This document shows positions 16,573 to 30,515 of a stretch of DNA of 64,000 bases, one piece after another. Position 1 is the first letter of the stretch, and each line of letters starts with the position of its first letter. Position numbers and translations under genes: made by a program. The DNA comes from the human T2T-CHM13v2.0 reference genome, Homo sapiens. The notes beneath the pieces are model-generated. The model did no database searches. It saw nothing but the letters and a program-made list of their open reading frames with translations, and was not told where the DNA came from. The stretch lies in NCBI RefSeq assembly GCF_009914755.1, contig NC_060932.1. One strand, 5' to 3'.

Positions 16573-16679
16573 CTTAGAAACTTTTTATTATTGGATACTC
16601 ATGTTTTTCTAACTTTTTAATTTTTATAACAGCATTGTTACTATCTCATTGTATACAAACCCTTTAAAATATCTTTATC

Positions 16680-17140
16680 TGTGACGAACTCCGAGTACAG
16701 AAAAGCTAAGTAGCCGTCTTAAACGATACAGATGTGTTCTCCATGTAACAAGACATTTGGAGGTAGAAAACCAGGGTTGGGGCCATGGCTCAATGATAGC
16801 ACATATTCAGCTCTTCCTGTCCTTTTCTGCCCTGGCCTGAGGTTTTGCTTTCTGTTTTTATTCTTTTGGACCTCAGTGTTGCACTATGGCTACCATAATT
16901 TCAGGCATCACATCTGCACTCAAGGCAGGAAGAAGCGAAAAGCAACAATTGTAGTCACCTCTAGCAGACTGCCACTGATACCTTAGGGGCTATTTCTGTG
17001 ACATGTGTCTACTCTAGATGCAAAGAAATCTAGGAAAGCAAGTGTTTAACATTTCTAACCTCCCCATAGGATGTGGTCAAGGGAGAAATGAGATGAAAAT
17101 AGGTGTTAGGCTGGCCAATGAACAGTGTGTGTATCTCTAA
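16680..17140 (-). mobile_element. MLT1J-like LTR
   Basis: catgtaacaagacatttggaggtag...ggctcaatgat...gaaatctaggaaagcaagtg. Confidence 0.55.
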
Positions 17141-19328
17141 TACAGAATAAAAATGTTCTGCTATAGGAAAAATTTCTAGAAGAGTGAGTTTAGAACTGTA
17201 TTTTTTCTCTGATATGTTCATTGCAGAAACTTAAACCAAAAAATCATAAAATCACAAAGAAGAAAATGAAATATTTTATAATTTTACAAAACAAGAAGAC
17301 ATAACCAGGGAATTTCTAGACAGTGTCATATATATTTCTACTCTTTAACCTGTACAAGCTCAGATAACTCTATGTATCATAGAAGCAGGAATTAGGGGGC
17401 TTTTATAATAGACATCATTACTGGCCCTAAGAATCTTCCATGAAGGCCTGATAGACAAAGGTACTGAAGTTCAATCCAACTGACTGTTCCTTAGTTTGTG
17501 CTAAATAAAATTGTGTCTACCTTGAATAAATTCATTGGCTATTAAGGGGTACAGGCATTAAAATAAGTAAATATATATTGTGTTATATTTCATAATATAA
17601 TTACAAGTAAAGTATTGAAATAGCAGAGAGCAGGAGTAGTTCTTTCTGGGAGAAAAATCAAGAGACGTTTCTTAGAAACAATGATTCCGAAACTCAGTTT
17701 TAAAGTTTAATTGTAATTTTCCATGTGGACAAGGGCAGGTTGCAGTGATGGAAATGAATGTTTTAGATTCAGAAAAACCAGCATGTAGCAAGTATCAAGG
17801 AGTAAAACCAAAGAGTACATGCTTGAAATTACAAGTAAATGAGGAATTAACAGATTGTAAAGTTTGAGAAATGGAGGTTTCATAGGAGCAGAAAATGCTG
17901 GAAAGATCAACACGAAGCAAGACCCTAAAAGTTCTTGTGGCGCATGCAGCAAAAGGGCCACTCTCTTCTGCCCTGGCGCTAATGAGGAGTCTTGAGATGG
18001 GAAGTGAGGCAGGGAAATGTCTTAATCACATTGTTTGTTGGAAAGATCACTGGGTCTGCAATATCTCTTATAAATGCACAGGAGAAAAACCTCAAGGCAG
18101 GCAGCTAGTTTAAGAAACAGTTGCAACAATCTATACTGCCTCCTTTAGAAACTTCTCTCCTGGAAAACAAACCCCTACATAACTATTGACGTGCTCTCAT
18201 GGGAACTTCTTTGACCTCAGAATTCCAAGGATAATCATTGTCAATATCATCATCATTCTCATATCGGTAACTGTAATATCTTGAATAATGTCTACATTCG
18301 CATCATCAGAACTAGGAACTTCATGTATGTTGTATCACAAGAATACCATCAACTGCTTTTAAAACTATATTCTTGGGTGTCAGCATTCTGATTTCTTGAC
18401 TATCAGTCTCAGTCACAAGATGGGGACTGAGCATGTCAAGCTCAGTTTTCACTTCTTCCCCATCCACCAATTTTAAAGAAACAGTTCTGCATTTATTTAA
18501 TTAATGTTGTCAAAGATAAAGGGTTTCTCTACCTCCACCTCTTCTTACCTGAGTCCAGTGTAAGGAGTTTCTCTACACTTACATCCTACCTTTCTACTCT
18601 CTTTGTTGGCCAAACATATATCAAATTTAAAAAAAATAAAGGAAGTCTTTTGTATTAGAATTCAAAGCATAAAAAAGAAACAGAATTTCTTAGCTTAATA
18701 ATACTAAAGAGGTATGGAAAAAAGAAACTGTAAAAGCCTGATTGCCTTATGAATGTTCGAATCTGCAAACCAATATTCCCTTCACCTCTCTTTTCACCTG
18801 CATACAACTCAAACCCTCTCAGTTATACCCAGGGAAAAATCTAATGGGCTGGAAATACTCCTGAGGCCAGAAAGAAGAGTAATGAGGCAGAGCATCTGAA
18901 AGTAGTAAAAAGATGAGAGAAGAAGAGTCAAAGCATGACAAGAGAGGAGTAGAAGGGAGGAGGAGCTCAGAGAAAGGTAGCCGTTTAGGCCAAGCTAGTT
19001 AAAACTAAAAGACCTACAAGCTACCTTATAAGCTGGTAGGCTAGGTAGACTAGAACAGAGGTCATTTCCAATTCCCTGCTATTTCTTAAACTCCATGTGG
19101 CTTATAATAGGCAAAATAACCCTGAAATCAGGACAGGGCTTCACAGGTGCTAGCTTAAGACTATCAGAGACTGAATCTCTTACTAAATATGAGATTTGAG
19201 ACAAACTACTAAATACTTCTATTTCTCAGTTTTCTCATCTATAAAATGAAGATAAAAATACTACATATTTCCTTAGTTGATGAAGGGAATAAATACGATA
19301 AAACATGTGAGGTGCTTAGATTGGTGCT

Positions 19329-19552
19329 TAGGGTTCAGCAAACTTTTTTCTACAAAGGGCCAGATAGTAAATGTTCTTGGCTTTGAGGGGCACATGGTCT
19401 CTGTTGAAACTACTCCACCCTGCTCTTGTATCAGGGAAAGCAGCCGTAGACAATATGGAAACAAATGAGCGTGGCTGTGTTCCAACAAAACTTTCTTTGC
19501 AAAACAAGTGGTGGGCCAGATGTGACCTGCTGCTGTAGTCTGTGGGTTCATG
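19329..19552 (+). mobile_element. MER58A hAT MITE inserted in a MIR (about 19170-19620)
   Basis: cagcaaactttttt...aagggccagatagtaaat...ggctgtgttccaacaaaacttt matches MER58A. Confidence 0.85.
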
Positions 19553-19806
19553 ACTTCAAACATTACTAGACACACTAAGTGATTTCATAAATATTAGCTA
19601 TTTGTAGGCTATTACTATTAACTGTATCCTTCTATATCCTTCTACTATATCCTTCCAGATTTTTTGTTTGATAATTAGCCAAAACTAATTTCTACATTAA
19701 TTTTCATGTTAATGTCCTATCCCACTCTTCCAAAGTCAAAATCATAATAAAGAGATTATATCATATTGGAGTTTCCCATAAAATTTATATTTAGAAAGAA
19801 ATCCTG

Positions 19807-19845
19807 CTCTCTCTCTCTGCATGTGTGTGTGTGTGTGTGTGTGTA
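19807..19845. repeat. (CT)n(TG)n microsatellite
   Basis: Seen directly in the sequence. Confidence 0.9.
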
Positions 19846-20899
19846 TACATCTAGACTAGATTTTGCAAAGCTACCTTCTGCCACAAATTTTTATAATCTC
19901 AAATGTTCACAAATCCTTTCCATGAAAATTTGAGTTTTGAGACTTCTTTGTAGGGCACAGGCTTTTGCACAGCTTGCAAATGGGTAAGAGCCAATTTTTA
20001 ACAAGGCTAGTTCTCCTTGACACCGTCCTCACTGCCATCAATGTTACTATCATCCAGAAAGTCCCCACTTCTTAAAGGGAGCACCTAGGTTCCAGGAGCA
20101 GCTTCTGCCAGCATCTTGGCACCTTTCCAGTGGGCCCATCTGTTTGCACTGCTCAGTCAAGGCCTAATGGCTCAGAACATATGGCTGGGACTTCTCATCT
20201 TGGAGAGTTGGAGCTGACAAATACTTGAGAACACATTTTCTACAGGAAGTAAGTTGGCCCAGGAATCTTAGTCTATTAGAAAGCCTTGGCTCATAGAGAT
20301 ATTACCTGAAGTCCTTGAAGAGGAAGAAGAACATTTCCATTTTCACAACTTACAAGCCAGGAGTTAAGGGATATGAATATACATTAGAATGATACTGTTC
20401 AATCTATACAAACACAGAAAGTGAGGCTCAGAAAATGAAGGACAAGCCCCAGTGATTGATACTGGGATGAAGTGACAGAAACTGAACTAGTTTGTAAATA
20501 TGTTGTCTGTCACAACAGGGCTCTGTAGATTTACATTTTACATTTTATATTCTTAACCAGAATATCTCATTTTACAATCACTCCAAATAAGTGGAATTTT
20601 ACCATACATTGGTGTAGTAAATGGTTTTGGATAGAAGATGATGCAAAATTAAATCTGAGCACAAAAACAACTGGGCAAAAACTACCCGAAAAACCCTGTA
20701 GATTGGTGCAAAGAGGGCAAATGGTTTACATCTAAACTTGGATACTTTAAGCAATAGGACTCATTTTTATGAGGCTCTGTGAGACCATGCAACTAGTTTG
20801 TAGACTTTTTTTAAGATCTAGTTATTCTTGAGGATGAGTCAATTAACAAAACAATCATGGTTGCTGTTTTCCTGCAACTAACAATGTAGTGGACGTTAC

Positions 20900-21400
20900 C
20901 CAATCAATTAAAGTCCTAGCACACACAAAACCAATGGCACGCTCAAAGAGTTTAGCTGGAAAGAGTTTAATTAAAAGTGTAGGAGTTATAGGCAAGACTA
21001 AGGAAACCAGAAGAAACAGGGAAGCGTCTGAAAACTGGAAATAGGAGCTAGCTGTTACCACCTCTAGCACTGAAGAGGCAAGGAGAGGGAACTATCCCAT
21101 CAGAACCTAGTGAGAGTCTTGGAAGAGGACTTCCTAAAAGGACCTGTGGTTGCAAAGGACACAGCCACTGACAGAAAAACCACAACAAGGCAGGGAAGGA
21201 GTAAGTGTGGAAAATCAGTTTTTCTGCTCTCTGAACTCTTTCCCATGGCCCTCCATGGCCGAACCCCACCAGAAACCAGAGTGCAGCAAGCCGGGTTGAT
21301 GCAACCTGTGAAGTTCAACTCCCCAAGATATAGAATGCGGCTGAAAAGAGTGGAGAATGAATCGGTGGCAAGGAGAGGGTTGAAAATGAAGATTAATACT
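20900..21400 (-). mobile_element. LTR33-like ERVL LTR
   Basis: atggcacgctcaaa...gagtttaat...gctgttaccacctctagcactgaagaggcaaggagagggaac. Confidence 0.65.
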
Positions 21401-23189
21401 CTTCCTTGCAATATCTTCTGAAAGTCTAGAATCCATGAAAGGCACATTGTAGGCCTTTAATGAATGCTTATGTAATGGAAAATGGTATAATGGAAATAAA
21501 TGAGTTTTGGGGTCACCTAAATATGGGCCACAACTCCATTTCTGTCATTTTATAACTGTGGTATATTGGGCAATTTTCTTAAATTGTTGGCTCCAATTTC
21601 CACAACTGTAAGGTGAAGATAATATTGCTTTCTTCTTAAGGTCTTTGAAAAAATTAGGAAGTTTTTTTAACAACCTGGTTTGTAGAAAACTTTCAAAGAG
21701 TATTACGTTCTTTCCATTTTTCTTTTATGTCAGTGCATCCTTATTACTATAATAATTCCTGGAATTTATAACCCAGTAAGTATAAAATTCAATGTTGAAC
21801 ATAACTGGCAAATATTTTAACAAAGTTAAAAGTGGTTTTTAAAAATCCCTCAAAATAATAGCATAAGTAAAATAATGTTGGTCTTAAAAGAGATTAAGGA
21901 ACCCAACCTAAAGATTATAGCCATCTAAAATTCCACTCCCTAAAATAGCTTTTTGATTTTTCACATCAGAGAATTCTGGACAATTGTTTAAAACTGTTGT
22001 AAAAGTTATCATCCCAGAGGTGATATGATGTGATTCTAATCTCTCCCTATCCCACTTTTATCCTGCAAAGTTACTTGTTCAAACACAGAATTGTTTATAT
22101 CACTTTCTTCTCTTAAACCTGTCTCCCACATGCCTATAACAAAAAGTTTAAACCCCTTAGCAAGACAATCTAAGATTTTCCCAATTTCCAAAGTATACAT
22201 CTAATTCAATCTAGCACTCTGAGTACTACAGATCAGCTTCACTGAACTATTTATGCTTTGCAATATATTTGTATACCCCTGTTCATTATATTGTTCTCTC
22301 TGCTCACATCTCTCTTCTTGGCTGGGTGAAACCTTATCCATCTTTCAAATCTTGGCCCCAATGTTGTGTTGTGTGTTCCATGGAAAGTAAGTCACTCCTT
22401 CTCTGTTCCTATAATGCTTCGTTATAATTCCTACTTCTGCCTTATGTTATAGCTAGTCATATGCCTAGAATCCTAGTTGTATTATGAGCTCAATTCAATC
22501 TATATTCAAAGTATAGAGCCTATATTTACCAGATACAGTGAATACCTTATGATTGCACAAATATGTTGAAAATAAGGAAGATTAATTATTGTGAGCTTCT
22601 AAAGGAAGATAAATGTAAAGTGAATGTTAAACTTGTAAGGTGGAAAATATATGTGCTTTAATAAAAGATAATGAAAAAGTTGTGTTAGTTGGTGTGAATG
22701 CCAAGGCCAGTGCTTTGAGGGCTTGAAAAAGCAAAAGTATCAGCAAACCAGAACAAATGGGTAGAGACAATCTAGGGAGAGGCAGTGGAAGCTAAAGAAA
22801 GCAGGAACAACTGATCCTTAATCTCCTATTTTTCCCACATGGTCTTTCCCAGCAAATTCAGTCCCCAGGAAACAGCTCCTAATTTGATTCAGTTCTGTAG
22901 CACACACAGTCTTTAGCATTTTGGGGATGCCTAACTAAAGTTCTTAAGGTTGCCTTTCCTTCCCACTAAACTATAAGCTTCCTGAAACCTGAAATTACAT
23001 CATTGCCCTCAATCCATGTATATACATCAGAAAGTTTTTGTTGAATTAAATGACCTAAAAAAGTCCTTAAATCCCTAACCCTGAGTTTGACTTTGTTGGA
23101 ACAGACCATAAAATGGTACTACAAAGGTGAGGGTCTTTATTATTCATCTGGTCCTCCCTTTTATCTATCTCTCCCTCCAGAAATACTTC

Positions 23190-23510
23190 TTTATTCATTT
23201 ATCTTATTTTCATTGAGCCTGCTAAATGGTGGTCCTGTCAAGGTGCTTGGATATAACAGAGAACAAGACTAAGTCCTTAACTTAATAGAGCTTACTTCTT
23301 GCTGAAGGAGACAGATAAACAATGAATAAACAAATACAAAATAACATATCTTAAGGAGTGATAACTGCTGGGAAGAAAATGAAAGCTCAGTATGGGTCAC
23401 AGAGTGATGGAGTAGCAACAGGAAATGATTTTCCCTAGAATTGTCAGGAAAGGCATCACTGAGCAGGTGCTCAATGATCTGAGGCACACGTATTGTGAGG
23501 AATAAAGCCA
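23190..23510 (-). mobile_element. L2 fragment
   Basis: ttcattgagcctgcta...gagaacaagac...gtcaggaaaggcatcactgag. Confidence 0.6.
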
Positions 23511-23940
23511 CGTGGTGATGCTGCAGTTAGAATATTCCGAGACTTTCTCAACTAATATTGATGCTGTTCTTAAGCTCATTTGCCACATTACTTGCAGTGA
23601 AATCTGATTCATAGAGCATAATTTTTTCTTCGTAGTTCTTCAGCATCCATTACGAATTACTTTGTTAGTCTCTGAACATTTTCTTTTAATAGTTATTCAA
23701 TTACTCACTAATATCTGAAATGAGATATGGTCCCTGTTAATTTTCGGGTTATTTTTTCCATAGACACATTGAAAATTAGAATCCCCTTTGCTTAATTTTC
23801 TCTGTTCTTTCTCCCTCTATAAAGTCTCATTAAGTTTATTGCCCATCCACAGGTTTGATGGCTGGCATTGACAGCCAGCAGCAAAGTGAAGATTGTCTCA
23901 TATTGGCTTCAGTACATGGCATTCAAGGAGCATTCCTCTT

Positions 23941-24238
23941 GGTCGGGTGCAGTGGCTCATGCCTGTAATCCCAGTACTTTGGGAGGCTGAGGCGGGCAGA
24001 TCACCTGAGGCCAGGAGTTTGAGGCCAGCCTGGCCAAGGTGGTGAAGCCCTGTCTCTACTAAAAATACAAAAATTAGCCAGGAATGGTGGCACATGCCTG
24101 TAATCCCAGGTATTCGGGTAGGCTGAGGCATGAGAATTGCTTGAACCCAGGAGGCAGAGGCTGCAGTGAGCCTAGATCACACCATTGCACTCCAGCCTGA
24201 ATACAGCAAGACTTTGTCTCAAAAAAAAAAAAAAAAAA
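23941..24238 (+). mobile_element. Alu (AluSx/Sz)
   Basis: Full dimer with A tail; flanking repeat gcattcctct on both sides. Confidence 0.95.
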
Positions 24239-24254
24239 GGCATTCCTCTCAGGT

Positions 24255-24720
24255 TCATTCAATTCAAGACACATTTATTGAATGCCTACCATGTGTCAAG
24301 TGCTGCGTTACCTGTTTAGGATCTATCAGTGAGCAAAATATTGAAGATTCCCTCCCTTTATGAAGCTTATATTCTTGTACGGGGAAACAGGTGATAAACA
24401 TAAGACAGACACTAATTACAAAGTATTAATAAAGTCTGATGAGTTCTATGGAAAAAAGACAATATTGAGCCATATGTGAAGGAATTGCTGCCACAGGGTT
24501 GCTGGTGCTAAGGAGCACTTTGTACTTTACAGCTAAAGGGCTGCATGAAGAGAGATGCCAGGTGGGTTTAGATGTCCATTGTGGCTGGAGTGCAGGTTAA
24601 CTCAAAGAAGAGTTGTAGAGGAACAGAAGAGACAGACAATTGAAACTGATCCTGTAAGGCCTTGGAGGCCATTGTGACGTCATTGGCTTCCATTTGGAGT
24701 GGCTTTTACTTTCCCTGGAA
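24255..24720 (-). mobile_element. L2 fragment
   Basis: ttcattcaattcaagacacatttattgaatgcctaccatgtgtca is the L2 terminus. Confidence 0.7.
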
Positions 24721-25559
24721 TACAGATAGCCTCTATGGCTTTGCTGTCTTTCAATACTAGTCTGAAAAAAATGCAGTTCTAAAGTAATTAGGGCTAATCA
24801 TCTTCATAATTGAAGTTACATGCTACTTTGGAATTGACATTGTGTTTTTACATACATTCACCCATTTAATTCTCCAAAATCCTTAAGTTAATATTATGTC
24901 AGTTTTTTAATGAGAAAACTGATATTTGAAAATGTAAAGGAACTGCCTTAGTATCCCTGCTAAGGTATAAAGGATCAGAATGCAATTTCTATTCAGAAAC
25001 ATTTCATTGGAACAATCTCTACCACCCTCACTATTACCTTTCTATATTCAGTGACACTCTTCTTTTTCTGCAACTACTTCACTAGCCATTGACCTGATAC
25101 ACTCTCGTTCATTCTTTCCTTACCTTGGCAATAGTCAGTCTGACCATATAGCATCCCTGTTTCAATGAGTTCCCAATGACTTTAGTGGTCTGCAGGACTC
25201 TAAATGAGTGAGCTTCTCTCTCACACACACCCTGGCACATCGTTCATCTCTCTTCTTTGTACAATAGTCACATTCATTCTCTTTTATCCTCAGTCTTGCT
25301 GCAGGTCTATTGCAAATGGTGTTCTTTCTACCTTGAAAAAAGAAATCTCCATTTCCCTAATAATTTCTACTTTTCATATCTCAGCTCAATCGTTTCCTCA
25401 TATCACCCTTTTCTGGCATTCCTGGGGTTTCAAAATCATTTGTTCAATGAATGATGCTCTAGAATCTCAATAAATATTTGTTAAATAAATGGATACACAA
25501 ATGTGTGAAAGTCTGGGACTAAAGCCTACATTATTTTCATGATATGCACTGTTCTCACA

Positions 25560-26078
25560 TAACATCTTATTTTCTGTTACTATAACAGAATACCTGAGAC
25601 CAGGTAATTTATAAAGAATAACAAACCATCATGGCACATGTATACCTATGCAACAAACCTCCACATTCTGCACATGTACCCCAGAACTTAAAGTATTTTT
25701 TTTAAAAAAAGAATAAACGTTTTTTTAACTCTGAGTTCTGGAAGCTAGGAAGTCCAAGATTCTATGTGGCACCTGGTGAGGGCTCCATGCTGCTTCATAG
25801 CATGGCAGAAAAATGGAGGGAATCACATGGTGAGAGAGGAAGTAAGAGGAAGCCGAGGCAGCCAAGTTTGCTTTTATACCAACCCACTCGTGTGATAACC
25901 GACCCCCTTCAAGGAGAACTTACTCATGCCCTGAAAAACAGCATTAATCTCTTCTTGAGGGCAGACTTCCATGACCCAACACCTCTTAAAGATCCCACCA
26001 CTACTCAATACCTTTACATTAGGAACCAACTTTTAATATGACTTATGGAGGAGACAAACCAGATCCAAACCATAGTAC
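25560..26078 (-). mobile_element. MST/MLT1A-like MaLR LTR
   Basis: ctataacagaatacctgagac...ttctggaagctaggaagtccaagat...atccaaaccatag. Confidence 0.8.
25622..25707 (+). mobile_element. Extremely 5'-truncated L1PA (L1PA7/8-like) 3' end
   Basis: caaaccatcatggcacatgtatacctatg...ccagaacttaaagt plus tail; TSD aaagaataa at 25613-25621 and 25708-25716. Confidence 0.85.
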
Positions 26079-28126
26079 GTAAATATTTTATGCAGATCTA
26101 TGATTTGTATGGAAGAGTAAATCAGCAGAAATCTACTCAACAGCAAGAATAGAACTGTGTATGGTTAGGCAAATAATGTGTCATTTATTTTGATGGTACA
26201 TATGCGAATTCAAGTACTCAACACATATTTGCTGATTTGTTTATTAAGGGTAAGGTTGCAATTATCCTCTCTTTAACCACAAATCCCAGCTATTAATAGG
26301 CAATTGACAGCTTGCATTGCAAGTTCATTTACCCTAGCTCACTGAAACCTTTTAAGGGCCCTGTGATGTGGGCACTAATACAGCATATCTCCGACTGTCA
26401 CTGGTTTAAGCATTTTGTCAATGCACTGGTGACTCAGACAGTACAAAACTTGAAGACTTTTCTAATTTTTCTGAGAAACAATCTTGAAGCTCATTTGTCA
26501 GTCATTTAACTAGTCAGTGAGTCGATTAACCATTTAGTAGGCTTATGTCATCATGTTTTTTTTTTAATAAAAGGAAATTTAAGCCAAATGCTTGTGAGTA
26601 AGTGAAGAGAAAATAAAACTATCTAACAAAGTAATGGTTCTTGGCTAGGGACACGTGAGAGACTATAGTGACATTGGCTAATGAAATGCTTTAAGAGCTT
26701 CTTTGCATGTCTTTTAACTATCTCAGAATAGTGCCAGAGTCAAAAAAAAATAGCTCATAACAAAAAAAATTGTCAATATTTTACCTAAATTTTGTAAACA
26801 GAATAGGGAGACTCTTCAAAGTTCTTAATATTCCTGCTTTTCTTTTATGAACTACTGTCACATGTCACAGCTACTTCTATAGCTCATACTCCAGTCCTTT
26901 CCTGCTCAGATATTTGCCAGCCCAAGTGCCTGAGCAGGAAAAGACTTGAGTATGAGTCAAGGCAATTATTTGATTCCTCTTCCCATTTTGTCTGGGTTCT
27001 GCATTCAAAGACTAGAATAGAAAATTGTCTAGTTATCAAGCTTTTGGCAACTTGGAAAGCAAAAGAAGGAAAGATATTTTGTAAGCCCACCCAGAATTCT
27101 CTTTAGTGAACAGAGGGGTAAGCTGTTCTCAATAATTTTGTCTCATTTCCCCTGAATTTTTGCATTCACAAAAGTGAATATTTTCTTGATGAATGTTAAG
27201 TGTTTACATACAATACTCCCTAGTGTGTAGTGGAAGAAACTGATGCTCAGAAAAAGTTGTAAATCTGAAATGGTTTTCCTTTAATGTTAATGATAAGTTT
27301 ATTACTGCCTTATAGCAGGATAGGAAAGATAATTGCCTTGACTCATCTTGTCCTTTCATCCTACTTGCTTTTGACCTTGAACTTGCTCAAGCCCCAGGCT
27401 CTGCTTCTGTATGTTGTCTCTCTCTTTTCATACAAGTGACCTCTCTTAATGTATCTACATCCTACTTGGTTTTTGTCTTTGCTGCCCCTGGATCGGTAAC
27501 GTCAGCTGTTCATGGACGTTCCAACTCGATGTTCAAGAAGGGACAGTGCTGTATGTCCAAGTTTCTGGTCTAGTACAATGCAAAACTCAGGTTTGAATTT
27601 GATACCAAATGTTTTTCAGAAAAGCCAGGTAGATTATCTCATGAACTCTGGGCAAAACAAAGTTGTGGGTGAGTCAGTTTAATCTTTGGGGAATTTTTTG
27701 CTTTTCCTTTTATCATATACTTTTGCATCTTATCATTTCCTCTCTCCTGACACTAAATTTAATGCCTCCAGCTGTTTTCAGGGCAAGGTCCCTGCTGTTT
27801 TGTCTCAAGCTTTGCCACATGCTAAAAAACCTCCCACTCAAGGTTCTTCTAAGTTTCTGTCACTCCTGCAGCTGCCAGAGGGCACTGAATGTAGGCTTGG
27901 AATCAGAAAACCCAGGGTTTGGTTTTCAGTTCTATTACCAGGTGATTTTGAGGAATAAACCTAAGTCTATATGCAGTGTCTATCACATAGTAGATGCTGG
28001 TTCACTTTACTAACCCCTCACCACCACCCCTGATTTCTACCTGGTGTTAATTTATTTTCATGGATTAAACTATTTAAATTTAATTGGAAGTCTCTGGAAA
28101 GGTCTAACAAAGGACTCCACTTTAAT

Positions 28127-28354
28127 CAGAGCTCTCGAATAGACCTTTCCTCATTGATAAAAATATTCTTCATTTACACTGTTTCGTGTTCCTTCTGTTT
28201 AGTAGAGAAGACACTGACCATATGTGGCTATTTAGTACTTGAAATACCGGTAATACAAATGATAAACTAGATTCTTTCTATTTAAATGTAAATTATTTTA
28301 AATTTTAATCTAAATAGTCACATGTGTCTAGGACCACCATACTGGATAGCACAG
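28127..28354 (+). mobile_element. MER3-like hAT MITE
   Basis: aatagacctttc...atgtggctatttagtacttgaaat...tactggatagcacag. Confidence 0.7.
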
Positions 28355-29560
28355 TCTTAAATGATAAAATCTGAGACATTTTAACAGGCTTGTGGGGTTC
28401 ATATTTATGTGAATTGGTTACTTTCTAACACCTCTCAACTATGGTAAATTTTATCCATTTTGCCTATTCTTCAGCTTATTACTGCTACATGACTACAAAG
28501 CTCCAAGTTGTATATGTTTAAGAACACATAAGGTTATTATCACTATCAACTTTTAAAATATGTCTTTATTACTTTACAATTATCCAGATTGCTGTTTTAT
28601 TTCCTTTGTTCAAGGCAGATGCTAAAATGAATTCAGGAGAGAAGCCAATTTAGAGTCATCATTAATTTCATTTAGTAGGTTATCTCTTCAGTCCCTATGA
28701 CTGATACTCTCTCCTGCTTATAAATGCATTTTCATTCCTTTAATTCTCTTGGGCAAGGTTTAACTCATTATTGATGGCCCGATCTCAGACCTTTATTAAG
28801 TCAGAATTCGGCAATTTGGAAGTTTTCCCCTGTGGCACATTTGCTTTGAATGAGGACTTCATTCCCTATATTTCTTCTCCTTGGATGGGATATCATTTAA
28901 TAAATTACTGTTTCTGACTTTATATATAGAAGCCCAAATAAAAACTGAAATAAAATAAGTCAACTTTTATTTAATTTTCTGTATATATATTTTATTGTGG
29001 TCACAAATCGTTTACCTGATATGATAGTAAACTCCATTTCACCGGAATTATCCAAGCAAAGGTCAAGTTGTGAAGATTCTAAGGATATGAGCCTTGACTC
29101 CAAGTTCTTGGCAGGTAAGTGGTTTTGATGTTGTAATGATAAAATACCTGGAAGCTTGCCTCAATTTCTTATACTTTGTCCAGATACTAGAAACTTTCCT
29201 ACAGTGATGTTTCTGATTTCACTCCTGGATATTTTCTGCTACCTGTCTGCTGCATTTTTCTGAGTTTCCTTCAAGAAGTTGTCTTCCCCTGCCAATTGAA
29301 TGAATGGTTAGTTCCCCAGAGTCGTCTATTCAGCCTTCTTTCCATCCCAGTTCCTATAATCTCTTCTGTGTGAGATCATCTACTACCATGGCTCTACCTG
29401 TATCATGGGTATTGATGACTGCCAGACATCCTTAACATAAGCTGCTCGTGTACATGCAATACTGTCTACTTAGAAGTCTCTACCTGGATGTCCTACAAAC
29501 ACCTCATAAACAAAATATCAAAAATGAAACTCATTGTCATTTTCAAACCCCCAAAAGATA

Positions 29561-29591
<31 letters not shown>

Positions 29592-30104
29592 TTCTTACAT
29601 TCCCTATGTAGGTCGATGGTACTACCATGGAACCTGTTACTTTTTCTCCTCCTGGCCTGTCTCACATCCAAAAGATCAAATCCTGACTATACTACTACCC
29701 ATCATTCAATCAGATAATGTTGATTGTGTGATTTCTATAGGCCACGTACTTTACCAGATGCTGTGAATGGAGATGTGAACAAGATGGACACAAACCTAGC
29801 CCAAATGAAGCTTAGAGTACATTAGGGAAAGACAAAATTAAAATTTTTAAAATAGATATATAAAAAGTAATTTTCAACCCGTTCTGTAAAACAGATGGAC
29901 TCAAACAGACTGAGCCCTTCATGCATCTTTGCTTCTAGAAAAATTGCCATAATGGTCCTGAACTCATACTTGCACATAAAAAGGACCTAGATTCCAATAT
30001 TCTGCATTCTTTCCAAACAGGTGATTACCTGTCTATATAAATTGCTTGGGGTTTGAATCATTTGCACACTAAAGAGCTTCTTCCTTAAAAACTCATTTTA
30101 CTTG

Positions 30105-30515
30105 TAGAATTCACTTAGTCCAACCTCTAACTTAATATGAAATTCACTTTTACAAGGGTATGACCTGCTTTTGAACTATCAAGCTTTGGGCAAGCTCACA
30201 CTCTGATGAGGCAGTCTACTTCATTTTTTAATAACTTTGCCTGTTTGAGAGATTCCTCTGAAACTTCTCTCCACTGCTGTTGGTCTAGAGTTATATAACA
30301 TATCCCATATTTTCTCTTGTGACTGCATCTCAAACACCAGAAGATAATTTTCTGAAATTTATGTTCTAAATATTCTTAATTCTTTCCTGTGATCCCCATG
30401 CAAATTATATGGTCCTTAGACCTTGCACTGACCGAATCCTGATGACACTCCAATTTTTAATTGTCCATATTAAAATGTAATATCCATAACTGAACACAAA
30501 GCTCCAAATGTGAAT
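30105..30515 (-). mobile_element. L3/CR1 ancient LINE fragment
   Basis: tagtccaacc...aagctcacactctgatgaggcagtc...aactgaacacaaagctccaaatgtg. Confidence 0.5.

Larger units (their letters stand above)
15120..16675 (-). mobile_element. Old L1ME 3' fragment (15120-15430 and 16575-16675) split by the RFPL copy
   Basis: ttctaaaaccttatttttgaaagctgc appears to resume as attattggatactcatgtttttctaac...ttgtatacaaaccc after the insert. Confidence 0.5.

Noticed and set aside
21048-21447. Overlapping 73-115 aa ORFs on both strands
   Set aside because: Lie within an LTR33-like element; no protein motifs.
27480-27600. Small CpG-containing stretch as a possible coding exon
   Set aside because: Plus-strand translations are short and unrecognisable; no convincing splice sites.
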